Shown one piece after another: positions 1-13,486 of a stretch of DNA of 64,000 nt. Location of the stretch: the NCBI GenBank assembly GCA_004022145.1, contig RCNU01000013.1; one strand, given 5' to 3'. This stretch comes from Paecilomyces variotii (Eukaryota). The translations under genes were made by a program, and so were the position numbers. The stretch's first letter is position 1, and each line of letters opens with the position of its first letter. Below the pieces are notes generated by a model. It was given only the letters and a program-made list of their open reading frames with translations. It did not search any database and had not been told where the DNA came from.

Positions 1-691
1 CATGGTCCTGGCAACCATTATTTTGTTCCCAATGCTAATTGATTATTATCATCACTATTAAAGATTTATCCTGGAATACTGCAGACTGCAGAATGTCGGT
101 TCTTTCGAACCAGTAGATCTGTTCTGGATGGAACAATTTAGCCTTCGTTACTTATTAGACGACACATTCAATCTACCGTGTATTTTATTACAGTATTCAC
201 TCAGCGTAGATACCACAGAGAGCTATGTTTTTGTCTATATATGTCCGGTAGCATGGCCCCGGGATAAGTAGCGTCGCGTAACCTACTTCGTAGGAAACTC
301 GGAAAAGTCCCCCGGACGAATCGCAATTGCGAAGCTTTTCTCTCACAGTTGGAGTGCGATGGACTAAGTTAGTTAACTCAGAATCAATCGGGGCTCTGCC
401 ATTGTCGAGAGGCCAATGCTATCCGGAGCCAATGACATTCACGAACATTGGACGATCACTACTGAACTTATCAATTGACTGCCTAGTATATTTCCACATT
501 TGGCATGAACAACTTCTTCTATATGCCCCTAGTTCACGGACCATCACACTTATTTACACTTGTCCGCATTGGCCTCCCATCTGCTAGCCACGTCAGTTCT
601 TATACCCCTGCTGTCAGGGATTCGAAGTGTTTCATACTTCTGTGTTTCACAGGGTTGCACAGTGCAAGGCACGAGATTGAAACACTTGACG

Positions 692-2312
692 ATGGCGGAT
701 ACCCAGAGACTACAACGCTCTAGCGGGGAGAACAACAGCAGGAACGCCATTGCCATTGAACTTGACTCTCATGTTAGTAAATGAATCCACCGCGACAAGT
801 TGATATTCTCTGGATTCTAACCCCAGTTCGAAACTCTAGGCCATAGACGATGACTCTACTTATGGAGATGAGATGTACGCGACTTGTCATAACCCATATA
901 TTTCGAATATAGCTGATACCTCTTTCGCCAGATCTACTTACTCTGCGTCTCTGACCTCTTCTGTCCAGGATTACCGTATTGAGAATGGACGACGCTATCA
1001 CGCTTACCGCGACGGAAGTAATATTAATTACCTCTCTCTCTCTCTCTCTCTCTCTCTATGCACGACATAAAGTTCCCTGCTAACTGCATTCTATCTGCAA
1101 GGCTACCTTCTACCAAATGACGAAGACGAGTCTGACCGTCTAGATCTAGCGCATGAGCTATGCTTAAAGGCGATGGGAGGGAAACTGTTCTTAGCGCCCA
1201 TCTCTTCCCCAGAGCGTGTTATTGATCTTGCAACCGGAACTGGGATATGGGCAATTGACTTTGGTAGGCTACAATTATTCCTTCCGTCTAAACTGTTCTG
1301 CAGCTGATAAGTACTGAATTACTACGAAGCCGACAAATTTCCAACTGCGGAGGTGAATTAAATAATTACTTCTTTCTCTACGCCAGACTCACAACATGAC
1401 TGATATTCCTTTTAACTAGGTCATTGGAAATGACTTGAGCCCCATTCAACCGTCTCTGTGAGTATCGTATCCAGTTCCCTTGCCTTCCAATGATGGAAGA
1501 AGGGTCGTTATACAAGAGAACTAATACCAAAACGTTAAAGTGTTCCCCCTAATCTGAAGTTCCTGGTCGATGACATTGAAGATGAATGGGGTTACGAAAG
1601 CACTCCATTCGACTTTATCCATGCCAGATACCTTTGTCATTCGATCAAGAATTTTAAGAAGTTGATACAACAAGCCTACAAGTGAGCTGTTCCATATCTC
1701 TCTCTTTCTCTCTTTGTCGATATCCTGATACTAATAGAATTACAAGTTGCACGAAACCAGGCGGCTACGTAGAGTTTCAGGACTGGGATTGCCGGATTCG
1801 ATCAGAAGACGGTAGTCTAAAGGGCACTGCACTTCAACGATATTACGACGCAGTCCTAGACGCGTTCGAAAAGGCAGGATATCCAGCAAGTCCCGGTCGA
1901 TATCTCGAGCAGTGGTTCCGCGAAGCTGGCTTTGTCGATATCCATGCTCAGAAATACCCTATACCAATGAGCGTCTGGCCGAAGAACAAACACTACGTGC
2001 GTGATTATCTTTTTCTATCTTCATCAGGAATAATACAGACTTCCACTAACAATCAACAGAAAGAACTCGGTGCTTGGCTTCGTATAGCTGTCACAGAAGC
2101 TTTCGAGGGAGGGGCTATGGCCGTGTTAACGAGATACGAAACATGGAAGCCAGAGGAGGTAAAGGTTCTCGCTGCGGGAGCTAGAAACGATCTGAAGAAT
2201 CGCGATATTCACGCAATCATGGACTTGTAAGGCAATGATCGAGTGATTTTGGTTCGGGTGGAATGTTGCTAACTTTCTTAGTTGGGCGGTTTATGGTAGG
2301 AAACCAGAGTAA
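692..2312 (+). CDS. LaeA-like class I SAM-dependent methyltransferase, about 10 exons
   Basis: Spliced reading gives family motifs YRIENGRRYHAY, YLLPNDEDESDRLD, SAM motif IDLATGTGIWAIDF, GNDLSPIQP, VPPNLKFLVDDIEDEW, FDFIHAR, KPGGYVEFQD, and ends AVYGRKPE* (TAA 2310-2312). GT..AG introns restore frame. Confidence 0.9.
1032..1057. repeat. (CT)13 microsatellite in an intron of the methyltransferase
   Basis: Read directly from sequence. Confidence 0.95.
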
Positions 2313-3012
2313 GATCTACGTTGCCAGAAGTAGAGAGGTTGTTTTATATCTGGTTGTATGACTGGCTACATATTTATCGAATTCTCCCCGAGTATCTTCT
2401 TTAAGGCATCAGTAAAGGAGTAAAACCTTACCCGCCAAAAGCAGGAAGAGGTGTCTTTTAGTATCCGAGCCTACTTTCCCCCGAGAAAAGAAGCGGGCGA
2501 TAATATGAGCTTTTTTCAGTGGTTGTGGTTAGATTTCCTTTTTTAGGTGGTAAGAAACTTCTCAAAAAGCGTCATTTTCTGGACCTAGATAATATTGAGC
2601 TGAGGTTGAGTAAGCAATTTCAAAAAGAGTATACTTATCATTATCTGAAAGGCAATTTGCTAAGTACATCCTCCTACAGACTTGGTTCCTGGGCTCTTCT
2701 TAGCATATGACACTAGATAATTTAATTTACTACATACGATGCACCTATCTGAACATCACTAGCAAGATGTTGCAAGCGTATTCTTGTTAAAACTGAAGTC
2801 TCGACACGAGCACAAATCAAGCGCTGCAACGCAAGTACTCGAAGTATTAAAATAAAATCGGGAGTGAACAGAATGGGGGTAATAGAACACAATGAATAAG
2901 AAGAAGAAGAAGAGATAAACTCCGGCTGACATGCGCCGATAAGACCCCAACTGGGTTAGCAAGAAAATATGAAGCCAAACATGGTTCCAGATGCAATCAG
3001 TTGAAAAGAAAG

Positions 3013-3036
3013 AAAAAAAAAAAAAAAAAAAAAAAA
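3013..3036. repeat. A24 homopolymer (poly-U tract in the 3' region of the minus-strand gene)
   Basis: Read directly; lies just past the stop codon at 3050. Confidence 0.9.
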
Positions 3037-3049
3037 GGAGTGTTGTTGA

Positions 3050-5707
3050 TTATTCCTTCAGAAAGCCGTCTCGATCGTATAGACTCGCCGGCGTTGCACA
3101 TCCAATACCTAGGCCCATCGTCTTGCCCTTGGGCGTTGTGAGCGTAAAGCCTTGAGGTGTGCTGCTCTCCGTCGACATGACAGATGCTCTGCTTCTTTTC
3201 TTGCCTGCAATGGGTGGTGGTTCGGTCCTGGGTGAAGCTATGGCGTTGGTGTTAAAGGTGTCTAGATCTTCCGAGCCGATTGGAGACAACGTGGTCCCTT
3301 TCGTTGGTGACAGTTTAGTGGGTGATGTCGTTACGCTGGCATCCTCCCAGATACTTATATCACTGGCACTTGTGGCAAGGCCTTTCTTTGTCATACCCGG
3401 CATCATACGAGGGCTTGGGGTGTAGCTGTTCCCTTTCGACAGATTGCGGATATGCTCCAGAGTCAGGTCCTTGGTTTCGGTGTTTAATCGACGTTGTGCT
3501 ATGGTCAGTTTGCCGCTATCCTTGTTGCTCGGACGTCTCGAGGGAGGATTTCTGTTCCTTGATCCAAAAAGTGGTGACACTGCTGCCGAATTCACTGTCC
3601 CTACAGAGGAAACGCTATTTCTCGCTGACTTGGCGGGTTGGCTTCGAGGCCCTCTGACCGCCGAACGTCGTGGACTACCCACGGGAGAGTTGGTGAACAA
3701 CTTGGGAGAAATCGGATCGTAGGGAATTGTCCACAAAGGTTCCGTCTTCTGCGGAGATGGTGTTCTCGACAGGCTATATCCCAAAGAAGAAGCAGAAGAG
3801 AACATCTCGGGAACACCCTTTCCGTTGTCGCCCTTGAAAGGGTCATCGCCAAATTCGCTCGGCGAATGTCGCCTTTTGCGGGACGTATTCGACGATGCTT
3901 GGTGAGAGTTGACGTCTGGAGATTCTGCCAGTTTTTGAGAAATTATCTGAGCAACATCAGCTGACTGGTGTCGGCTACGTCGTTTCGATGGACTGCTCTG
4001 GGAGGCGAATGAACTGCGGTTCGAACCAGGCGGATCGGATATTCTACCCTTGCCCTTTTCAAGATCATAGATATCCTCGGGTTCTTCGATCATAGGCGAA
4101 AATACTGGCCCTCCAAAAGTGATTGGCGGATGTATCGATATGCGCACGCAGTTCTGCCTTCTATGTCCCTTCCGGGCGGCCTGTGAGCCTTTCAGAGCCG
4201 AATGGAGGGGCGCCTTTCCTGGGCTATCTCTCAAGCGTAAGCCGCTGTTATTCAATGATTGGGTTGCCATCGTATTGTCAGGAATACTATCGCCCCTTGT
4301 GATGACTCTGAGTATGGCGGGATCAATTAATTGGTCTGTTCTTGCCCGGTGGCCGTCGTACATTGTATGTCTTTGTGGCGGAGGGACTTGGTATTGGGTG
4401 AATGTATCTCGACCGACAGTGGTTGAGAATATGGGTGACGAGTTGGGAGAAGGATGTGCGCTGGTGGTTTGCGATCTCGGTCGGGTAGAAGCAGTCTCCC
4501 GGCGACGTGGAGGCGCGAGGACTGTGCCGCTCCTGCGTGGAATCTCACTGATTCTTTCCAGCGGATAACCAGGTTGTCGGGTCGTCAGACTCCTACGGGG
4601 AGAATATCCCATCGGGTCCGTTCTGCGATGATAGTTAGGCGCGGGATGAGTGAATTGGAGATTGAGCGAAGGTTGTCTGCGAGAAAGAGAACCTCTCTCT
4701 GCAGCAAAGCGGCTGGCATTTCGATCTGTCGATGCTGCAGTGTATTGATTGTATGAACCGAATGTTGGACATGGTGGCAAAGCTGGCGAGTTCCACTCGC
4801 TGTCCCCCGACAGTGAAGTTCTCCTGCCATCGTCCAGAATGGAACTATCAGCGGTGTCCAAACTCAACGATGACAATCGCATTAGGGAATCGTTTTTGGT
4901 CATGTAATAGCGGTTTGGTAGGTGAGCAACTGGCGGAGGCGGCATTGGCTGTTCTGGGGCTGCTCCTGGAGACTGTGCAGTAATACTGCCCCCGTGTACC
5001 CTCAAAGATGGACATTCAAGCATCCCAAACTGACTGTCAAACTGCGGCATCATACTCGACCGTTGTGCTTGAACGGCTAGAGGCCAGGCGGTTGATGCTG
5101 GACGACCTGACATAAGGTCTGGAACGCTCTCCTTTTCCTTCTCCCTGCCAGGAGTATGCGGCGGAGTCTGTTCTGCAGGGAGCTCTGAAACGCCTTCTAT
5201 AGTCGATACAGGCTCCTTTTCCTTTGGGTCGGGTTCTTTGATTGTTGGGGCCTTCTCTGACATGTCTGTCATTGTTGTCATGGTTGGCATTGTCGTCAGG
5301 GAACTAAGAGGGATCGGCTTCTGGAGCAGTCCCCGTTGCGATTTTGCTTTGGATAGTGTATGTCGCAGAGATTTTCTCTTCTGGACCTTCTCTGTACCGC
5401 TGTTTTGTTGTAACTTTTTTGGAGAATGAAAGCTTTCCTTGGACCCCAGCAGCGTCCACTCATAGGGGATCGCATAGGGGAGCTGTCCGTGGGATCGCAA
5501 TGAAGAGATGTCCCGTGAGAGATCGGTGATACTGCCGAGTGCGCTATGAGAACGACGCGTGTATCTCACTCCTCTGGCCTCAGCCATCGCCAGTGATAGT
5601 CGATCATGTCGAAGGCGTAACCAGACGACTATCCCAACGGACACGGCCACGATGAACAGGACCGAGCAGCTCACTGCAATGGCGATGACGGTTGTGACGG
5701 CGACCAT
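3050..5707 (-). CDS. Hypothetical 885-aa single-pass membrane protein with long S/P/R-rich disordered tail
   Basis: Intronless ORF with an N-terminal hydrophobic segment (VIAIAVSCSVLFIVAVSVGIVVW) followed by basic residues; the rest is low complexity and ends TPASLYDRDGFLKE. Confidence 0.85.
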   Translation of the reverse strand: MVAVTTVIAIAVSCSVLFIVAVSVGIVVWLRLRHDRLSLAMAEARGVRYTRRSHSALGSITDLSRDISSLRSHGQLPYAIPYEWTLLGSKESFHSPKKLQQNSGTEKVQKRKSLRHTLSKAKSQRGLLQKPIPLSSLTTMPTMTTMTDMSEKAPTIKEPDPKEKEPVSTIEGVSELPAEQTPPHTPGREKEKESVPDLMSGRPASTAWPLAVQAQRSSMMPQFDSQFGMLECPSLRVHGGSITAQSPGAAPEQPMPPPPVAHLPNRYYMTKNDSLMRLSSLSLDTADSSILDDGRRTSLSGDSEWNSPALPPCPTFGSYNQYTAASTDRNASRFAAERGSLSRRQPSLNLQFTHPAPNYHRRTDPMGYSPRRSLTTRQPGYPLERISEIPRRSGTVLAPPRRRETASTRPRSQTTSAHPSPNSSPIFSTTVGRDTFTQYQVPPPQRHTMYDGHRARTDQLIDPAILRVITRGDSIPDNTMATQSLNNSGLRLRDSPGKAPLHSALKGSQAARKGHRRQNCVRISIHPPITFGGPVFSPMIEEPEDIYDLEKGKGRISDPPGSNRSSFASQSSPSKRRSRHQSADVAQIISQKLAESPDVNSHQASSNTSRKRRHSPSEFGDDPFKGDNGKGVPEMFSSASSLGYSLSRTPSPQKTEPLWTIPYDPISPKLFTNSPVGSPRRSAVRGPRSQPAKSARNSVSSVGTVNSAAVSPLFGSRNRNPPSRRPSNKDSGKLTIAQRRLNTETKDLTLEHIRNLSKGNSYTPSPRMMPGMTKKGLATSASDISIWEDASVTTSPTKLSPTKGTTLSPIGSEDLDTFNTNAIASPRTEPPPIAGKKRSRASVMSTESSTPQGFTLTTPKGKTMGLGIGCATPASLYDRDGFLKE

Positions 5708-7717
5708 CTTGTCTTGCTCCGCGCTCCTTTCTCTCCACTCCTTCTCTTGTCGACAGTTCTCAGAGGCGGGATGGCGTGGTCATGCCAACTCCGTACTCGA
5801 CGGAGCTCAATGGGAGCTCTCGTACCGTACTTACCTTTGATGCTGGAGGGGGGATGTCATGGAAGACAACGGCGGCGGCGGCGTGAAACGATTGATGAGG
5901 AAAACATCGAAGGCCATGGCAGTAACACAGTGCGCTGACTCCTTTGTTGTGGTGGTCCGGTGCTCCTCCAGTCTATGTGTTGGAATGTGGGTTGCGTCGG
6001 CTCAGCGCGTGAAGAATGCTGGTCACAGCCGGACGGCACATCCCTATAACATCATTTTCTTCACGAACGGTCCATGTGATTTCTGCATTAGGGAAGAAAC
6101 AGTGTGTTATGCATCCCGTGCCATTGATTATCCCAGGGAAGAGACCTAAGATGGAGGGTGAGGCTGGGGCGAGGATAGAAACCGATGGCGGCCGGTTCCA
6201 TTGACAGCAGTGCGATCAACCATAATCCATTGCATCTTGAGTCTTCAAGATGGAAAGGATATACTAGGAATGCTAGAAGGGACGATACCAATCAGACGAG
6301 AAACCGGTTGCCTCGTCTTGATCAACGGCACCGTACGTAGGCCGTTGGCACATCACTACTGTACTTGCTCGAGCACGGGATGCACGAAACATCGCATATT
6401 TTGGACAGATGCCGCGGAATGCCATCGGGATTATCATTAGACATCAAGCAGAATGGGGTTATCGGGTCGATAAGATCTGTCATATCGAAGCTGTCTGACT
6501 CGATGCTGCGAGGAACAACCATCAACAATAATTATCGCCTACTGTATTTTCTACTTATTCTGCTACCTAGGTAGTTCGAGCGGAGAAGCCAGCCCAACCC
6601 CGTGACCACCTTTGCACTCCCCGCCATCTCTTCTCCCTCTGCTCCTCCATCCAAGTCTATCGCCATCCAACTCCTCCAAATAAGATTAATCCCCAGCCCG
6701 TCTCTGTCGCTAGATCCACTTCTTGCGCCACGTCCCAATCTTTTTGCTCGGCCTGTTTATTTGCCCGGTTTGTCTACTTGTATTGGTCTCGCCTACGTCG
6801 CTCACCAGCTCCCCGGATGAGAGAAATAATAGTCTGCTTTCTAGAGGGTAGCTATCCCGGACTGACGTCGCCGCTCTCGTTCTGGGGACATCGCTAACGG
6901 TGTCAGCGAGCACTTTGGCTGTCCTCCAGACGGGATGAGCTTCAGAAATGGGAACACCACGCCGCTTTTCGCCCGGCACATTCGTACGGACTCAAAGAGC
7001 GGTCTGCAAAATTTCCTGGGGTCTGCAGCTGCAACGCCTCTGATTTCATCCAGAAGTTCTAGCTATATAGAGGACCTTGGATGATGTACCATACTCGGAC
7101 GAGGTGTTGTTGCTTCTATACGTCGTGGTGGGAATGCCGGATACACCAGACACTCCGACCGGAGAAGAACTGCGTGCTATTGAACCCGCATCTCCAGCTC
7201 ACCGTCTCTCCTGGCGAGACCATCGCCTCGTGTTCCCTCTCCCCCAATGCAGAGACGAGCTGCACGGAGAAAGCCTCGTGGGGAGCAATGCGCATGGTTT
7301 GGTGCAGATCAAGAGTTGTGTACTTCGCGACTCCTCCGCTGCCACACATAACAGGTAATCGCGCTATGCTGACCGAGTCTGGGGATACCGGCAGACCAAA
7401 TGTTTCCACCGACTTCGAGCACTAGTCAATAATATTGTTGGCCTGTCAGGATGGATAGCAACGCATTAAACTCCGCTGCTCGTATCATTCTAGCGTATAT
7501 TATGACGACGCACTTGTCGCAGCCCACTCCGATAACCCCGCCAAAGCTTCGGGTTGACCCCTCATTTTCACTGGAGTTCTTCTGTATATTATTCGCTTCG
7601 GGCCGGCCCTGTCTATCTATTAATAAAGGATAGCTTTCCGCCTCATTGTCGCTCATACAGATCTGTTTGTGAATTTGTTTGCTCCTCATTTCACTAGCAA
7701 TCGCTTCAGTCTTCACA

Positions 7718-8715
<998 letters not shown>

Positions 8716-9431
8716 AAGGCTCGTTTATTCTTTTCGTCGGGTACAGGTCAGCAACGATTTCGCTTGAAGCGAAAACATAAACATAGAGAAGCGGAGAAGA
8801 AACCGGGTCCGACTCGAGCACGATGAACTGCAGTGATGATAGAAGGTCTGACTCGAGGCCATGTGACGATAGATTTTGAGAATACCCATATACACTGGAC
8901 ATAGACAGACTTAGCTAGCTCCATGACAGTCTTGATATCCTATCTCCTGATGTGCGCACTTCACGCCGACCGAGCCTATAGTTCTGGAATCAAAACCGTT
9001 CCGGGAAATATTAGTACGAACTGAAGAATGAAGTACCAGGTGCTATCAATGTGCATTGTCTATACTCCAATAGTCGCGGGATCCGAATACTGCTGGTGGT
9101 GCTTAAGTCTAATCCCAAAGCAGAGCACCATCTCCGTAGGTACAACCTAAATTCAAGACCTTGGTACCATAAACCGTTCCTGAAAGTGGCCACCCGGCTA
9201 CTTCGGGAGCCGATATCTGGGGTTTGGTAAGTGACCCTGCCGTTGATTCCGCGGGATACTTACTTTCCGGTTCCCATGGTTCGTGCCGCCACGATTATAT
9301 ATACATACATAGCATGCTCATCACACATCAATTATTATTATTATTAATATCATAATTACCAATTATCACAACCCTACACATCCAGAACCAGTAACGATTC
9401 CACTATCTAAACAAAACGACTCCATAACTCC

Positions 9432-10148
9432 TCACATACTCATACCCTCCCACCACTCCGCGACACAATCAACCACGTAATCCACCCACGCTATAACACT
9501 CCCTCCCTCACGAATGCGTTGACGAAGTTCTATCTCCCAGACCTCTGTAACGGGGGACGGAGGATCTCTATATTTGGACAGAAGGACGTGGGTTCGTGGA
9601 TCGAAGTATTTCGAGAGGGACGATAAGGGGTCGGTGGGGATATCATCGCCTGAGTTCGAGGAAGAGGCAAGAGATGAAGAATCGGATGGTATGAAGAAGG
9701 ATTCGGATTCGGATTCGGATTCATGCTCTTGTTCGCTTGCCTCTTCTTCTTCTTCTTCTTTTTTGTATATCATAGAAGAGGAAGTAGTTCCATTCTCCAT
9801 TCCATTCCTCATAAGCGGCCGCATTTCAATCCCATCATCTTCATCAGACCTAGACTTCATCCTCGATCGCAATCCTAGCCTTGCCATCTTATCGCCCCTG
9901 GTCCTCCCCTGCTGCTTCTTCTTCTTCCCCATCTTTCGAGATTCATAGACACGTCCTCCCTCATCCCTATCCGCATGCACATATCCATCAGACCGAGCTC
10001 TCAAACACGAAAAGGCCTCCCGGTTCAAATAAACAACCAACGTAAACGCCGCCAGGAGCGCTAATAACGGAATGAGCGGGATGAGGATCGGATGCGGGAC
10101 CGGTTGATGATGGTTTGGGGTTGGGGTTGCGGTCGTAGTAGTAGACAT
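9432..10148 (-). CDS. Hypothetical 238-aa protein with one predicted TM segment and acidic/Ser-rich tract
   Basis: ATG-initiated ORF; hydrophobic ILIPLIPLLALLAAFTLVVYL; no recognisable domain. Confidence 0.55.
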   Translation of the reverse strand: MSTTTTATPTPNHHQPVPHPILIPLIPLLALLAAFTLVVYLNREAFSCLRARSDGYVHADRDEGGRVYESRKMGKKKKQQGRTRGDKMARLGLRSRMKSRSDEDDGIEMRPLMRNGMENGTTSSSMIYKKEEEEEEASEQEHESESESESFFIPSDSSSLASSSNSGDDIPTDPLSSLSKYFDPRTHVLLSKYRDPPSPVTEVWEIELRQRIREGGSVIAWVDYVVDCVAEWWEGMSM

Positions 10149-10843
10149 GGTTATGGGTATGGGTATGGATTTGGTAATTGTTGTGTTTCTTGCAGGTATG
10201 GATGGGTTCTATTTCTTGTGGTCTGCAGTCGGGTGTCTGGGGTCGAATCCAAGTCTTGGTTTGGCGTCGTAGTTGGTGTTTCGTCTGGATATGTAGTCTG
10301 GGTTGAGTGTCTGATGATGATGAAAAGAAAGAATGGAGTGATGGGTGTTCAGGCTGATAGTTCTCGCATTTAAGGAAGACAGGAGAATGGAACTCAAAGA
10401 TTTCTCTTTCATGGTTGTGGGTAGAAAGAAACATCATTATTCACCTCGTGTGCCGACTACCTATTGTTCTGTTCGTGTTACTTGTCTGCTTCGATTTTGG
10501 TAGGAATATTATCCAAGATAATCTATTAGCTGCTGCTACCTAGTAATATCAGTATATCTAGACACACCAATTAATCGTACCCAATTTTGGTCTTTTATTG
10601 ATCCTTCTAATAGCATACTTCGTCACTAGTTGTTACATGAACCGCACGCTCAGCCATTACAAACTCGCTAATTACAACAAAAGCCCAAGACCCAAAAGAG
10701 AAAATCTGTCTACTCGAAGAGTCCAATAAAACCAGCCGATTCTAAAATCCACCATCATTGCGAAAAACGGGTATCGTTACTGTAAGCACCAAAAAAAGAA
10801 TCCCACCTGCCTGTCTCTTCCAAGCAGCCATTTCTCAACTTCT

Positions 10844-13486
10844 TCACATCACGATACACTCACGCTCCGGGTTCTTTTCACCCCTATCTTTGTCCTTCTG
10901 CCGTCCCTTGGCCTTGTCTCGGTCCTTTAAGCGGCCCCATGAGCCCCTATCCTTATTTGGACTTTCACTCGGTACAGGCTCTCCGTCCGTTTCTTCAATG
11001 GCTGCTTCGAATTTTGCGTCGCCTTCTCCATCAGTCTCGTTGCCGTCACCAGGCAGCTTCTCCCTGCTCAATCGTCCCGCAAGCCGTGAGAAAGTAGCGC
11101 TGATCCGGTTCTCACCAGCTTGGCTTCCTGCACGGCTCTGTGACTGGCTCTTGCGTGCTCTAGAGCTTCTCCTCGAGAATGAAAAGGATCCTCGATTGTC
11201 GCTGCCTTTGGACTCAGCCGGCGTCCCAGAGACGGTGACCACTGGGAGATGTCCCGAGTCGCTGTTACCCGAAGGCTCGGAGAATGTCACGCTATGTGTG
11301 GCGCCTCCTTGTTCGGAAGACTGTGTACGCGGTCTATCAGGGGGGCTCATTTCGGTACTCCGTCTCTCAGTAGTCGACACGGCATACTCGTCATGCTCGC
11401 TAGTCGTGCTCACTGACGACACACGAAGTGAAAAAGAGCTCTTTTCTGCGCTCATGTCCAGGCCACCCTCCGATTCACTGTAAGAAGGCGGCTTGTCCCG
11501 AAGGTTTGCTTCCGCAGGGTCTTCATCGATAGGGAGGATCTGGTAGAATAGAAGATACGGAGATTCGTCTTTCAATGCCTTTTCAATGTCGACGAGAGTG
11601 ATGCGCTCAGCAGCCAGGTCATCGAACCGCATCCAGTAGTTTGCCTCGTCGTCGTGAGTGTAAGATGGTGGATCCGAGCCATTGGCACTCTGGGGAACTG
11701 CATTTGCGCTGGTCCCTCTTACGAGGGCTATATAATGGCCCGAATCGACCGACGTCCCGCGATGGCACACGACTGCCTGCAGCGACAGTTTGAAATTTCC
11801 GTATATTGGGCCTTCAGCCTCCAAGTTGTCATCTTGGATAAAATGAGGAAGACCGATCTCAATCGGAATGTCAATATATGTGTTCAGTCGAACAGCCTTT
11901 CCATTGGGTAACATCGAATAACGCTTCAGACACATGCCAAGGATCGGTCGTTTCGAAGAAAAGTGTGCTGCGACCTGAGCGTCGTTCGTTGGTGTATTGT
12001 CTGTGTACCATGCTTCAAGAAGGTTAATATCACGTGTACCATATTCCAAAAAGCTCAAAGGTTGACTTACGGATCAGGCTGAAGAATTGCCAAGCGGGCA
12101 TCATGACTTCCTTTCGAACGGTCCCCCGTCTCCCTCGTAGTTGACGATTGCCATTCAGGCTTTCTTTACCGTCGCCATCCTGCTCATCTGATTCTGGTAT
12201 AAAGCGTTCTTGTACGATACTCGGTCGGCGAGTGATCGTGTCAGAGGTGGCAGTCCGAGAACGCGTGAGCTCAACTACTGACGACAAAGGAGTCATCTCA
12301 TCTGCTTGCGGAGACGCTGGTTGAACCGGGGATTGACTTGAGGAAGACCCCATTTCCACTGTTTCGACGTGGGTGGTTAAACCTTTCGAAATAGAATCTG
12401 ATGACCGCACGGACCTAAGGGTATTTCGTCGTTCCATATGTCTCTTCACCTCTATCCGGTTGTTGAAATATGCTTCCAGGCAATCCTCCAGAGTGACAGA
12501 ATGTCCGTCCCCGGCTTCAGGTGGTATGGCTACCTCTAGTAGTCGCTCATTGATAAATTTGTGGTCGTCGCTGACATCTTCCTTACCGGTATGATAAATA
12601 TCCATCTTCAATGTGAGAAGAGGGAGTTCCAGCTTTTCCGTGATGAATGTGAAGGCCTCTGAAGCATCCTGCTGCCGTAATCGGGCCGCATCCTCCCATC
12701 CACAAGCGGCAAGCGCATCTTGCAGGTGCTTAGTCTAGTCGTATGTCAGCAGGGCTTGACTGGAACTGACGTTTCTAGGGGGGGCAAACGCGTGAGATGG
12801 AAATATTTGGAAGACATACAACGTCAGTGGTTATCAGTTTTCCTGACCTCAGCATATTCACCCATAGCCTCAATATGATCACCAGCTTCCGACGCGGTTC
12901 ATCGCTAAACACTTTGTAGAGGATGGCTTCGAAACAGTCTAGACGGGCGAACATGGCGAAGAGGAGTGCATCCAAGTAACATGTAACTCCCTGGCGGTTC
13001 TCAGCTCCGAGGAGCTTCATTCTCGGTGTGTAATCGCGTATGATTCCTTCGATCGAGTCCTCCAGCAGCAGGAGCAAGTCGAACGCCTTGTCCACGTCTC
13101 CTTGTGCTGACTTTGACCGGAGGGCATATTGAATGTGTTCGCTTTTGAGTCCCGTAATTCCGACAAGAGCAATCCGCTGTTCCAGGAGCTTGACCTATAT
13201 TTCGATCAGTATGCGTGCCAAAAAAAAAATCGATCATTCGGAGTGCAGACCTTCTGTTCTTCCTCCTGTTCTTGGCATGCAGAATTCTCCGACGCAAATA
13301 GACCACGATATAGGGGGCGTGAAAGAATTGTCGAGGCCTAAAGAACACAAATCAGTCTCTTGTGTCTGGGAGACTCCTTTGTGGTGAATCTGCATGGATG
13401 CGGGCCCAAAACTAGCGCCATACCTCTTCTTTATCGCGCCTGCTCCGTCGCTCCCTTCTGGTTAGGAATCTGTGAATTCCATTCAT
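10844..13486 (-). CDS. Ubiquitin-specific protease (USP/UCH, CYLD-like Cys box) with C-terminal CaaX motif, about 5 exons
   Basis: Inferred start MNGIHRFLTRRERR (ATG 13486); Cys box GAENRQGVTCYLDALLFAMF; QQDASEAF; His box VCHRGTSVDSGHYIALVR; WMRFDD; ends ECIVM*. Confidence 0.9.

Noticed and set aside
3013-3036. Poly-A run as a retroelement or processed-gene tail
   Set aside because: No target-site duplication or RT remnant seen, and it is poly-U in the sense of the adjacent intronless gene.
5720-7700. Many short overlapping ORFs in the intergenic region (also 19600-22100, 44600-46200, 47200-48700)
   Set aside because: No domains, codon bias or coherent splice models; treated as non-coding.
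8806-8857. Repeated GGTCYGACTCGAG with TGATGA...CTGA resembling a C/D snoRNA
   Set aside because: The C and D boxes are only about 8 nt apart; most likely a short duplication in the 3' UTR of the dehydrogenase.
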